From Basidiobolus meristosporus CBS 931.73 (Eukaryota; Fungi; Basidiobolomycota), in the NCBI GenBank assembly GCA_002104905.1, contig MCFE01000495.1, forward strand, positions 2,643 to 66,642: DNA of 64,000 nucleotides. Direction: 5' to 3'. Of the stretch, positions 13,315 to 26,720 are shown in pieces (the stretch's first letter is position 1; each line of letters starts with the position of its first letter). The notes below the pieces were generated by a model. The model had not been told where the DNA came from. It was given only the letters and a program-made list of their open reading frames with translations, and did not search any database. The position numbers were made by a program, and so were the translations under genes.

Positions 13315-16300
13315 TGTTGTAAAAACTTGAAATTCCACCTAAATATTCACCTAACTTAGTCACTTAGATCATTACCTACAGATCCTAGAGAATACTGACC
13401 AAATTCCTTGTTGGGATTTGCTTAGAATATCTTCACCAAAACATGAGGTACCCAGAACATGAAAACTCTCAAAGTGGTCCAAACAGCCCCAAACCTTGCC
13501 CACATATTCTTGGAACCATCCTCAACATATTCTGGGTGTTTGCTTTGCCAAGACCATGTAAAAGTACCAATACTACTTCAACACTCATTGAATCATCAAG
13601 TAAAAACCGCATAAACTACTTGTTCTCCCAATCACTTCCAATATCTCCAAGACTCTTACAACAGGTTGTGAGCCCCAAGCTGTCACTCTCTGCAATGTCT
13701 ACTACCGCTATTACTGGAATTTTGCCTTCTGCTGAAAAGTTGCATGGTTCCAACTACCAAGTGTGGAAGGTGAGGATAAAGATGCTGCTACAAGAAAGAG
13801 GCCTTTGGGATATTGTCATGAGAGAAGAATGTCCTCCTAAAAATGTGGGAGAGGAAGTCTTAAAGTACCAGAAGAAACAACAAAGTGCCTTTAACTGCAT
13901 TTGCCTTAATGCTAAGGACAAATTGCTAATTCAATGCTCAAGAGCAAAACAACAAAGAATGCCTGGAAGGCATTAGAAGACACCTACCACTCATGCTCAT
14001 CTGCTGAGAAAATGTATCTGCAACAAAAATTCTTTACTACAAAGATGCGGCCAGGAAAAGAAATGAAAAATCTAATTAACAGAATTTCCCTGCTGGTAGA
14101 TGATACGGAATCTGTGGGCATACCAACTACTGATGAGGATGTGATAGTTATCATTGTGAATAGCCTGACAGACAAGTTTCAAGGCCTTGTATTAGCCTTA
14201 GAGTCCAGGACTGAAGATTTGACCTTAAATTACATATTTGGAAGGCTCCAGGATGAAGAATTAAGTAAACCAAGGGCCAATAAGAAGGTAGAAGAGAATG
14301 CATTAATAAGCAATTATAACCAACAATGGAGGTACCCAAGACCCTACAAAGGCAACAGCAACTTGTTTTGCAACTACTGCAAAAGGAAAGGACACACATC
14401 AGACTGGTGTCTCAAAAAGAGAGATTATCAGCAAAAGAACACTGAATAGGGAAATGCTGCAACAACTGAAGATACACTTTTCATATCTGCACTAAATATC
14501 ATCACAAACAAGGATTCTCAGACATGGTATATTGACTCTGGAGCATCTCAACACTTTACACACCAAAAAGAACTTTTTACCCAATATCAAGAAATCCAAT
14601 AAAGAAGGTTTTCCTGGGTGACAATAGAACACTTGATGTAGTGGGAGAAGGAACTATCCAAGTAAGCCTAAGAAGCAGTGAAGGAAGTCATACACTGACT
14701 TTCAAAGAAGTACTCTATGTACCAGAAATAGCCAAGAACCTACAATCTGTAAGCAAGGCTACTGAAGATGGACTCAATTTCAACTTTGACAATTCTGGAT
14801 GCCAGATCACTGATCAAAATGGTGCCCATATTGCTTTGCATATCAGAGAGCAGAGTCTATACAAGTTGGCTTAAATTCCATCATATCTGGAAGCCAATAT
14901 AAGTAACTTAAATGAAGATACACCAATGCTTTGGTACAGGAGATTTGGGCACATTAATTTTGATTATTGGTGCAAAATGATCAAAGATCAGCTGATTTCC
15001 AGGGTAAAAATTAATATCCCAGATAGTTTGGAGCACCGTGAAGCCTGCATATATGGGAAACAGGCCAGACAACCACTCAACAGCTCTGGTTTAATTAAAA
15101 CTAAGAGAAATCAGATCTGATTCACTCAGATCTGTGTGGACCTATACAAAATTTATCCTTAGGTGGGATGAAGTATTTAATCACTTTTATTGATGATTAT
15201 ACAAGATAAACATGGTTCTACTTCATGGAGAGAAAGGAAGAAGCTCTGTCTAAGTTCAGGGAGTTTACAGCCATGGTGGAGAGAGAAACTGGTGAAAAAA
15301 TCAAGAAAATATGCTCTGACAATGGTGGAGAATATACCTCAAAACTCTTCATCCACTTCTGCAAAATTCATGGGAATAAGAAAGAGACTACTGTACCATA
15401 CTCCCTACAGCAAAATGGAGTAGCAGAGCATGCTAACAGACTAATAACTGATACTGCAAGATCTACAATCCATGATCAAAAATTATCGTATATTTTTGGG
15501 AGGAAATAGTTGCTACAGCTGTATACCTTAAAAATAGGAATTATAACAGAATACTTTGTAATTCTACTCCATTTGAAACATGGTATGGGTACAGACCAAG
15601 TGCAGAACATCTAAGAATATTTGGGTGTACAGCATATGCCAAGAAACTGCCCAGAAAGCAGTCAAGATGTGAGCCAAAAAGTGTAAAATGCATATTTTTG
15701 GGCTACTACAATGAGAGTAAAGCATACAGACTCTACAATACCAAAGCAAAGAAGCTAATCAAGTCCAGGGATGTGTTGTTTGATGAAAATATCAAGATTT
15801 TCACAAAAAATGACATTGGATGATGATGAAAATCCAATCTCAAATCCACCAATTGTCATGATTGAATCAGAGCAAAAAAAATGAGAATTTTCTCACTCCA
15901 GAGGACTTTACAACTCTGGTTCAGCCAGAATCAGTGCCCAGGAATATCCTAGATGTGATCATTCTAGTATCAAATGCCCAGAGATCCAATTGGACAAGAA
16001 GTAGCGCAAATACTATATCAATGTGGGTACAAACTTAGCCTATGCCTACTCAGTCCATATTGATGAGCCCCGGACTTTAAAAGAGGCTCTAAATAGCCCT
16101 CAGACAAAGTTTTGGAGATCTGCAATGACCAATGAATACTAGGCCCTGATGGAAAATCAAACTTGGGACTTAGTCAAATTACGAATCAACCAAAAATCAA
16201 TCGGGTGCAGATGAGTTTTCAAGACAAAATAAAAGGCTGATGGTACAGTTGAAAGATCCAAAGCAAGACTTGTAGCCAAAGGATACCCTCAAACAAAAGG

Positions 16301-18208
16301 ACTTGACTATACTGAGACCTTTGCATCAGTAGCCAAGTTGATTCCATCAGATCAATATTGGCTATTGCAGCCAAAAATAAGTTTTTTATTAATCAAATGG
16401 ATGTAAAAGCTGCATTTTTGAATGGAGAACTTGATGAGGATGTGTATATAGACCAGCCTGATGGGTTTGTTGACCAAGATAACCCCCTTTTGGTCTGCAA
16501 GCTTAAAAAGTCACTATATGGTCTCAAACAATCACTGAGAGCCTGGAATTGCAAGATAGATTCTTATTTGGAATCTTCAAGTTCCAAAAGGAGTAATGCT
16601 GACTATAGTATATACTCTAAGCCAGATAGAGCAAATCCAGCTCAATTAGCTCTATATGTGGATAACCTTTTTATAGCTGCCAATAACCCAGCAACATTGG
16701 AAGAGACTAAATACAGCCTATCTAAAGAGTTCCAGATGTCTCATCAAGGGGGGCTCAGTTACTACTTAGGGATTAAGTTCTCCATAGACAGAGGTACCCA
16801 GACTATTGCCCTAAGCCAATCCAAGTATATTTAAGATATACTAAAGAAGTACCAAATGGAAGACTGTCAACCAGCAGCTACCTTAATGGAGATAACCTTA
16901 ACTTGGTCAAAACTCAACCAAATCAAGAGAGCTTGGTGCCATCTGAAAGCCCTGACTTTCCTTATTGATCTATGATGGCCAGTCTGATATACATCATGCT
17001 TGGAACATGTACAGATATCTCATATTCAGTGGTAGTTGTCAGCCAACACAATCAGAACTATGGATCTGATCATATTGCAGCAGTTAAGCAGATTTTTAGA
17101 TACCCAAAAGGAACTGCTAGTATCTGCTTAAGATATACTTATAAGGAGTCAAGACAGGATCTTGTGGTATACTTTGATGCTGATTGGGAACAAAATTTAG
17201 AAGACTGAATATCCACCACAGGATACACCTTTCTTTACTGTCAAGGAGCAATTTCATGGAGCTCAAGAAAGCAACCAACCATAGCACTTTCAACCACAGA
17301 GGCAGAGTACATGGCAGCCTGTGAAGCTGCAAAAGAAGCAATATGGTTAAGAAAGCTTTTTACAGACTTAGGCCTACCTCAAAAAATGCCTATTACTTTA
17401 TTCCAAGATAATCAAGGATGTATACATCCATGTAGAAATTCAACTTTTCATGCTAGAACCAAGCACATAGATATTAGACATCATTTCATATGTGAAGCTA
17501 TAGAGAATAGCTTAGTTAGCTTAGTTTACTGTCCTACAGATGAAATGATTGCAGACATATTTACCAAACCATTAGCTACTGACAAGTTTAAATATCTTAG
17601 GCCAAAATATAGGACTAGTCAGTATGAACATTGAGCTGAGTGGGAGTGTTGTAAAAATTTGGAATTCCACCTATAGATTCACCTAACTTAGTCACTTAGA
17701 TCATTACCTTCAAATCCTAGAGAATACTGACCAAATTCCTTGTCAGGATTTTCTTAGAATATTTTCACCAAAATACCAGTCACCCAGAACATGAAAATTC
17801 TCAAAGTTGTCCAAACAGCCCCAAACTTTGCACACATGTTCTTGGGACCTTCCTTAACCTACTCTATGTGTTTGTTATGCAAGACCATGTAAAAGTATAG
17901 GTACAACTTTTACATTCAATAAATCATTAGACTTGTTCCATCATTCCAGCTGATCATAGTGCCCAATAGTGCCATAGCATCCCAGATGGTGCCTGATCAT
18001 GCCACAGAGTGCCAGATGGTGCCATACAGTGCTAATTTTGGATCAAAATTGACATGCATATGACCCTAAAATATCAAATTAATAACAAAATATACAGCAC
18101 TCTCTGGCACTATGATCAATGGCACAATGGAACAAGTCTATTAAGTGAAAACCACATAATCTACTTGTTCTCCCAGTCACTTCCAAAATCTCCAAGAGTC
18201 CTACAGCA
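13315..18208 (+). mobile_element. Full-length degenerate Ty1/copia copy (C2)
   Basis: 5' LTR 13315-13663, PBS GGTTGTGAGCCC, gag (LHGSNYQVWKV, CNYCKRKGH), protease YIDSGAS, integrase, RT, RNase H (RTKHIDIRHHF), PPT, then 3' LTR 17647-18208 carrying a MITE. Multiple stops and frameshifts. Confidence 0.92.
17929..18139. mobile_element. MITE (211 bp) inserted in a copia LTR
   Basis: TIRs AGACTTGTTCCAT / ATGGAACAAGTCT. The 3-bp TSD ATT is established against the empty LTR site AATAAATC-ATT-AAGTG. Internal GTGCCA/TGGCAC motifs. Confidence 0.8.
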
Positions 18209-18603
18209 ATCTGATCCGTGTCAATGCAATCCAAGATGCATCATTCAAGATATATGGAAAACTCAACAATCACATTGGCTTTCATATATATCTCATATAA
18301 GACTAGGTTGATGCCAATATACTACTGTATAAGTATCCAGATCTGTCACTATGGTCCCTATACCATGTCTCAACTCATCTTTAGTACAACCCAGACAAAA
18401 CCTATCCCCCAGCTCACAAGCATGGTCTGGATCACAAAAGTCAATGTCAAATTCATTTGAGTTCTTGCCAAGTAATTTTATTATGGCTCAAATGACTATG
18501 ATGAGCCTTCACACAGATGTGTAAGGACTACTCATTAATCTGGCGGAATTGGGTAACTGAGAGAGTTGACAGCAATGGAAGAATCTAAGTAGAAAGCTGT
18601 GAC

Positions 18604-19497
18604 ATGAGTTATACATTGCAATGCCAGCAGATATATAGCAAGATATATAGCAAGTCAAGTATTGAAATTGAGTATGAGCTCAGAGTGAGGGGATGGGATG
18701 AGGAAGCTGCAGGCAAGCAATTCTGTGCGCTATTTGCACAGTATGGGCTGGACACATCTGTTTGTGCCTCAACTTTGGGAACCAAAGAGATTTTGAATGA
18801 GCTTTTGCCTTAAATGACTAATGTACCATGTGATATTTTAGTAGAGCTAAGTGGCTTCCTAGAACAACACACACAGCACTTATCAAGGTCACAGTTCCTT
18901 GGTATCTGACTGAGAGTAAGTGAGTACCTTAAGGAATCAGAAGGTGTACTTCAAGAGGAAGAATTCAGAACACACACAACAGCATTTAGATTGCACCAGC
19001 ATTCCTTGCTGGATTTCTTACTATCCCCTGCAATGTTGGCATGCTGGCACATATCAGTCCAATCTACACCAACACCCCTTGCAACAGTGCCCCACATTGA
19101 GTCAACATGCATGCCTCAGAGCAAAACTACCAGAGCTCACCAAACTGCTCATTTAGACATAAGTCCATTGGAGTGGGCCAAGTTGCATCAGTATGTAACA
19201 TCACATCAAACTCAGCCTAGGGTTATGCCAATGCATCAAATTGTGCTTGCACAAGCTGGCACACCTGAACAGCAGCAAGTTACTTCTGGTGAACTGACAG
19301 ACAATGACCATCATGAAGTGCCTCCACCACCAGAGCCTTTGGCAAGTAAAAGAATACATCAGCACATGGCACTTCAGGCTTATTCTTACATATTGTCTGG
19401 AGTAGTTCAGCGCAGCCAGGCTCCAGCATTGCGCTCATCAGCTAGGTGGCAAAATACTGATTACAAGTACATAAGTAGTCAAGATGATAGTCAATAA
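18604..19497 (+). pseudogene. Degraded ~300-codon ORF, possibly gag/ORF1 of an unidentified retroelement
   Basis: ORFs 18604-18813 and 18991-19497 share a frame and are separated by a few stops. Pro/Gln-rich C-terminus, CpG-free. No family recognised. Confidence 0.35.
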
Positions 19498-19645
19498 GGA
19501 AGTAGTTCAGGTGTGCAAAGTGACTCACTACCAAAGACTACTAGAGTAATCCCTGAGAGAAAAAAACCTAGAAAAAGATGATGCAATTGCATTGAATTGT
19601 TACCATTTGTCATGCTCTAAATAGCACTTTTTTTTCAATCTAATG

Positions 19646-20166
19646 TGTCATGATCACATGACAACCATGAGCACCCATACCAAGTCTCAGCTTCCTAGCT
19701 CAATTTCTAAGAGATTCCTTCTGGAACCTTCTACCACCTTCCAGGAAGTTCCTGACCATTCCAAACCATTGTTACACAATGGAACATTCCATGGAAGCTT
19801 CCCATTGCATTTTTCATAGTCCAGTACCATATATGAAAATACCAGGTCACATGACTTAGACACATGATCAGGTGACCCAATCCATTTCCCCATCCTGTCT
19901 CAGTGCCATGTCATCTATGTCATTATCCCCAGCTCCATTACTGTGCCTCACCCCACAACCCAATCAGTATTAGCCAATATCTCTTGGCATCAGTATAGCC
20001 AAAAAGTATATATAGTCCTATCCTCCCTAAAATATTCCTCAGTCTGATAAACACAGGTCTTGAATAAACTGCCTTGCCTTGAATCCTGCCTTGCCTTGAT
20101 GGTCCACACCTAAGTCCTTTCCTGCCATGCATAGCTTTTCCTCCTGCCTTGTGTCTATTCATAACA
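19646..20166. repeat. Possible LTR of a third family
   Basis: TGTCA...TAACA termini and repeated ATCACATGAC/GTCACATGAC motifs (consistent with decayed CACGTG). No TSD found. Confidence 0.3.
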
Positions 20167-20879
20167 ATATGCACCATTGCAAATCAGTGATCACAAAATT
20201 TTTACTTTAAGTAATATCAAGGTTGTCTCCTATTTGAGACAGAGCCCCTATAAAAAACACCCTGCATATGTATACATCATCTGTAACACCAGTGCAGCTA
20301 TTTATCTGATTTACACCAACACAATTGGGCACATGCTTGCTATGACACCTTGCCCAATCACTAAGATCAGGGATTTACTTGCTCCAAGGGCCAAATGGCA
20401 TATTTGAAGGCAAATCAGGTAGCATGTGTATTGGTCAATGAGCCAATTGGGAGCCAACAGCTTCAGGATACTTTTAGATCAATTAGCCACTGACATACCA
20501 TCCAATAGGAGTGATGGTAGCCAAAATGGTAAGTATCAGTATAGTTTCAAGTGTGATCACATTTATTTCCATTTACATTAAAGAAGCATATCCAAGTACC
20601 AGATTTCACCTACTACAATAATGATATCCAGTTGCGCACATACTACAAACATTACAAGCTGGCACAATTGGCAATTTCAGATTGTGCCATAGTGTGCAAG
20701 ATTGTCCTGCATAGTGCAAAATCATCCAAGAGCAATCCTGCATTCTAGTAGCTACAATACCACTCCCAATCATTCTTAGTGACTGCACATCACACCAGGC
20801 ACCCTGGCATGGTACAGTAGAACAAGTCCTTTATCTTGTGTATATTTGGATTGGCTTAGGGTGAAAGCTTGTGTGCTTT

Positions 20880-21290
20880 TGTCTATGAAGAACTCTATCC
20901 CTAAATGGTAACTGAGCACTCCTATACGCTATCTTCAGCTCATTAAATAGGCTGGATTTAGTCTCTTCAATTATTAAAGATTACTAATAGCTCAATTAGG
21001 ATCATCCAAATATAGCACCAATAGAGCTTAATTTGCTCTATCTGGCCTATAGTGTATTTTATAGTCAGCAATACTCCTTCTGAACCTCAAAGATTCCAAA
21101 CAAGAATTTATCTTGCTATTCCAGGTTCTTGGTGATTGTTTGAGTCCATATGTAGATTTTTTAAGCTTGCAGACCAAGCAGGAGTTATCTTGGCCAATAA
21201 ACCTACCAGTCTGTTATAATTACATTCTCTCATTGGGTTGTTGATTCAAGTGTGCAACTTTAACATCCATTTGATTTATAAATAGCTTAT
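20880..21290 (-). mobile_element. Highly diverged copia RT relic
   Basis: Peptide [31 protein letters not shown] and nucleotide similarity to the RT of the other copies. Confidence 0.7.
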
Positions 21291-22198
21291 ATTTAGCTGC
21301 AATAGCCAATATTAATATAATAGAACTAAACTTGGCTACCAGTGTAGTGGGGCCACAGTGACACCCAATGACAGATGTTCCTATTCCTATATATTTTACT
21401 TCCATATTTTGCTACAACTATATTTGTCTGATCCAATCAGTACAATTCTGTAAGCTGGCTAACTGTGATACCTGCCTGTATTACATATTTATCCCTCACC
21501 TTATATAAGATTACTAGATGTAAGCGCTACTACATTAGGCAAGCACCCACACTAGAACCCATGATGTAAGTTCAAACCATGTTGCCATCCCTACCACTTT
21601 CATTCCATATATGGTATCCCTATGTTCAACAACCTTCAGAATACTGATCCCTGATTGGTTGGATGTGCTGTGCCTCTTAGAACCTTCTGGCATCTACTTG
21701 GAATATTCTTAGCTCATTCTGATGTCCTTAAGATCTCTGTTTATCTCCAGAACCCTCTGAAACACCATGATTAGTAATCACTTGGTTAGTGAGAAATGTA
21801 TATATGGGAGTCAATCCCTCAACATTATAACATCATCCCTTCTTTCAACATACCAACCTGTTGATTAGTGTGACCATAGCTACCTGCCACTACCTGAACC
21901 TCCAATCCTAGACCATTGGACACCCCCAGGAAACCACACTGAGAGCCAACTGACCTTGGAGGTATTGCTTGTGAGGAATACTCAGAGTAGGTATCTTTTG
22001 TTATATTGAGTTCTTTCCCAAGCTTAATCTTGTACAGGCAGAGATACTTTTCTGTCTTTGTAATTATTGATAATTGCTGCATTCTTATCAAATTCCAGCT
22101 GATGAAGTTTACAGTTGTTGGACTTTGGAAGTTTTAGTGCATTGTTATCTCAAAGGATGCTGAATCCAGCACATACTTTTGCTAAGATGCCAACCAAG

Positions 22199-25100
22199 TG
22201 TTGTAAGAGTCCAGGAGATAACGGAAGTGATTGGGAGCACAAGTAGATTATATGGTTTTCACTTAATGATTTATTGAATTTAAAAGTAGTATTTATACTT
22301 TTACATGGTCTTGGCATTACAAACACGTAGAATAGGTTAAGGAAGGTCCCAAGAACACGCATGCAAAGTTTGGGGCTGTTTGGACAACTTTGAGAACTCT
22401 CATGTTCTGAGTACTTGGTATTTTGGTGAAAATATTCTAAGTAAATCCCAACAAGGAATTTGGTGAGCATTCTCTAGGATATGAAGGTAATGATCCAAGT
22501 AATCAAGTTAGGTGAATATTCAAGTGGAAATACAAACGTTTTACAACACTCCCACTCAGTTAAATGTTCATACTGACTAGTCCTAATTTTGACCTAAGAT
22601 ATTCAAACTTGTCTCTAGCTAATAGTTTGGTAAACATGTCTGCAATCATTTCATCTGTAGGACAGTAAACTAAGCTAACTAAGCTATTCTCTATAGCTTC
22701 ACAAATGAGCTGATGTCTAATATCTATGTGCTTGGTTCTAGCATGAAAGTTGGATTTCCACGTAATTGTAAACATCCTTGATTATCTTGAAATAAAGTAA
22801 TAGGTGTTTTTTGACATGGGCCTAAATCTGTAAAAGGTTTTCTTAACCACAGTGCTTCCTTTGTAGCCTCACAGGTTACCATATACTCTGCCTCTGTGGT
22901 GGAAAGTGCTACAATTTGTTGCTTTCTAGAGTTCCATGAAATTGCTCCTTTGCAATAAAGAAAGGTGTATCCTGTGGTGGATCTTCTGTCTTCCAAGTTT
23001 TGTCCCCAATCAGCATCAGAGTATCCCACAAGATCCTGTTCTGAATACTTATAAGTATATCTAAAGCACTTATCAGCAGTTCCTTTTAGGTATCTAAAAA
23101 TCCTCTTAACTGCTGCAATATGATCATATCCATAGTTCTGATTATGTTGGATGACAGCTCCTACTGAATATGAGATATCTGGACATGTTCCAAGTATGAT
23201 ATACATCAGACTGCTGACTATGGATTGACAAGGAAAGTCAGGGCTTTCAGATGGAACCAAGCTCTCTTGATTTGGTATAGTTTGACCAAGTTAAGGTTAT
23301 CACCATTGGGGTAGCTGCTTGTTTACAGTCTTCCATTTAGTACTTCTTAAGTATATCTTGAATATACTTGGATTGACTTAGGGTGATATTCCAAGTACTT
23401 CTGTCTATGGAGAACTTAATCCCTAAGTAGTAACTGAGTTCTCCTAGATCAGACATCTTGAACTCCTTAGATAGGCTGGATTTAGTCTCTTCCAATGTTT
23501 CTAGGTTATTGGTGGCTATAATAAGGTCATCCACATAAAGAGCTAATAGAACTGGATTTGCTCTATTTGGCTTATAGTATATACTATAGTCAGCATTACT
23601 CCTTTTGAAACTCAGAGATTCCAAATAAGATTCTATCTTGCAATTCCAGGCTCTCAGCGATTGTTTGAGACCATATAGTGACTTTTTAAGCTTGCAGACC
23701 AAATGGGGGCTATTTTGGTCATCAAACCCATCAGGTTGATCCATATACATGTCCTCATCAAGTTCTCCATTCAAAAATGCAGTTTTCACATCCACTTGAT
23801 GAATAAAAAACTTATATTTGGCTGCAATTGCCAATATTGGTCTGATGGAATTAAACTTGGCTACCAGTGCAATGGTCTCAGTATAGTCAAGTCCTTTTGT
23901 TTGAGTGTATCCTTTGGACACAAGTCTTGCTTTGTATCTTTCAATTGTACCATCAGCCTTGTATTTTGTCTTGAAGACCCATCTGCATCCAATTGATTTT
24001 TAGTTGATTGGTAATTTGACCAAGTCCCAACTTTGATTTTCCATCAGGGCCTGATATTCCTCAGTCATTGCAGATCTCCAAAACTTTGTTTGAGGGCTAT
24101 TTAGGACCTCTTTTACAGTCTGGGGCTCATCAATATGGACTGAATAGGTATAGGCTAGGTTTGTACCCTCACTGATATAGTATTTGCGCTATTTCTTGTC
24201 CAATTGGATCTCCAGGGATTTAATACTGGAATGCTCACTTCTGGGATATTCCTGGGTACTGATTCTGGCTGAACCACAGTTGTAGAGTCCTCTGGAGTGA
24301 AAGAACTCTCATTGTTTGCTCTGATATGATCCTGACAATTGGTGGATTTGAGATAAGATTTTTGTCATCATCTGATGTCATTTTTTGTGAAAATTTTGAA
24401 TTTTCATCAAACATCACATCCCTGGACTTGATTAGCTTCCTTGCTTTGGTATTTTAGAGTCTGTATGCTTTACTCTCATTGCAGTAGCCCAAAAATATGC
24501 ACTTTACAATTTTTGGCTCAAATCTTGACTGATTTCCAGGCAGTTTCTTGGCATATGCTGTACACCCAAATATTCTTGGATGTTCTGCACTTGGTCTGTA
24601 ACATACCATGCTTCAAATGGAGTAGAAGCACAAAGTATTCTGTTTGACTCCTATTTTTAAGACATACATCAGTGGCAACTGATTCTGCCCAAAAATCATA
24701 AGATAATTTTTGATCATGGATCATAGATCTTGCCATATCAATTATCTATCTGTTAGCTTGTTCTGCTACTCCATTTTGCTGTAGGGAGTATAGTACAGTA
24801 GTCTCTTGCTTTATCCCATGAATTTTGCAGAAGTGGTTGAAGAGTTTTGAGGTATATTCTCCACCATTATCCAAGCGTATTTTCTTAATTTTTTCACCAG
24901 TTTCTCTCTCCACCATGGCTTTAAACTCCCTGAACCTAGACAGAGCTTCTTCTTTTCTCTCCATGAAGTAGACCCATGTGTATCTTGTATAATCCTCAAT
25001 AAAAGTGATCAAATCCTTCATCCCACCTAAGGATTAATTTTGTATAGGTCCACACAGATCTAGTGAATTAGATCTAATTTTTTCTTAGTTTTGATTAACC

Positions 25101-26720
25101 CAGAGCTCTTGAACAATTATATGGCTTGTTTCCCATATATGCAGGCTTCACAGTGCTCCAAACTAGCTGGGGGATCAATATTACTCCTGAAATTTGCTGA
25201 TCTTTGATCATTTTTTGCAAATAATCAAAATTGATGTTCCCAAATCTACTGTGCCAAAGCATTGGTGTTTCTTCATTTAAGTTACTTATATTGGCTTCCA
25301 GATATGATGGAATATAAGTCAGCTTGTATAGATTTTGATCTCTGATTTGCAAAGCAATATGAGAACCATTTTGATCAGTGATCTTGCATCCAGAATTGTC
25401 AAAGTTGAAATTGAGTCCTTCTCCAGTGGCCTTGCTTACAGATATTAGGTTCTTGGCTATTTCTGGTACATAGAGTACTTCTTTGAAAGTCAGTGTATGG
25501 CTTCCTTCACTGCTTCTTAGGCTTACTTGGATTGTTCCTTCTCCCAGTGCATCAAGTGTTCTATTGTCACCCATGAAAACCTTCTTAATTGGAATTTCTT
25601 GATATTGGGTAAAAAGTTCTTTTTGGTTTGTAAAGTGTTGAGATGCTCCAGAGTCAATATACCATGTCTGAGAATCCTTGTTTTGGTGATATGTAGTGCA
25701 GATATGAATAGTCTATCTTCAGTTGTTGCAACATTTCCATATTCAGGCTTCTTTTGCTGACTATCTTTCTGTTTGAGACACTGGTCTTATGTGTGTCCTT
25801 TTCTTTTGCAGTAGTTGCAAAACAGGTTGCTTTTGGCTTTGTAGGGTCTTGAGTACCTTCTTTGTTGGCTATCATTGCTTATTAATGCATTTTCTTCTTC
25901 CTTCTTATTGGCGCTTGATTTTCTTAATTCTTTGTCCAGGAGCCTTCCATATACATAATTTAAGGTCAAGTCTTCAGTTCTGGACTCTAGGGCTGATACA
26001 AGGCCCTGAAACTCATCTGTCAGGCTATTCAGGATGGTAACTATCACATCCTCATCAGTAGTTGGTATGCCCACAGATTCCATATCATCTACCAGCAGGG
26101 TAATTCTGTTAATTAAATTTTTCATTTCTTCTCCTGGCAGCATCTTTGTAGTGAAGAATTTTTGTCTCAGATACATTTTCTTAGTAGATAAACATGACTG
26201 GTAGGTGTCTTCCAATGCCTTCCAGGCATTCTTTGCTGTTTTTTCTCTTGAGCATTGAATTAGCAATTAGTCCTAACATTAAGGCAAATGCAGTTAAAGG
26301 CACTTTGTTCTTTCTTCTGGTACTTTAAAGCTTCCTCTCCCACATTCTTAGGAGGACATTCTTCTCTCATGACAATATGCCAAAGCCTTCTTTCTTGTAG
26401 CAGCATCTTCATCTTCACCTTCCACACTTGGTAGTCAGATCCATCCAACTTTTCAGCAGAGGGTGATATTCCAGTAATAGCAGTAGTAGACATTGCAGAG
26501 AGTGACAGCTTAGGGCTCAAAGTCTGTTGTAAGAGTCTTGGATGTATTGGAAGTGATTGGCAGGACAAGTAGATTATGTGGCTTTTGCTTGATGATGTAT
26601 TGGATGTAAAAGTAGTATTTATACTTTTACATGGTCTTGGCATAAAAAAACAAAGAATAGGTTAAGGAAGGTCCCAAGAACATGTGTGCAAAGTTTGGGG
26701 CTGTTTGGACAACTTTGAGA
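22199..26720 (-). mobile_element. Degenerate Ty1/copia copy (C3), 5' LTR truncated
   Basis: 3' LTR 22199-22548 with PPT. RH, RT (LYVDDL), IN, PR and gag ORF fragments. Variant PBS GACTTTGAGCCC at 26513-26524. Partial 5' LTR 26525-26720. Confidence 0.92.
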
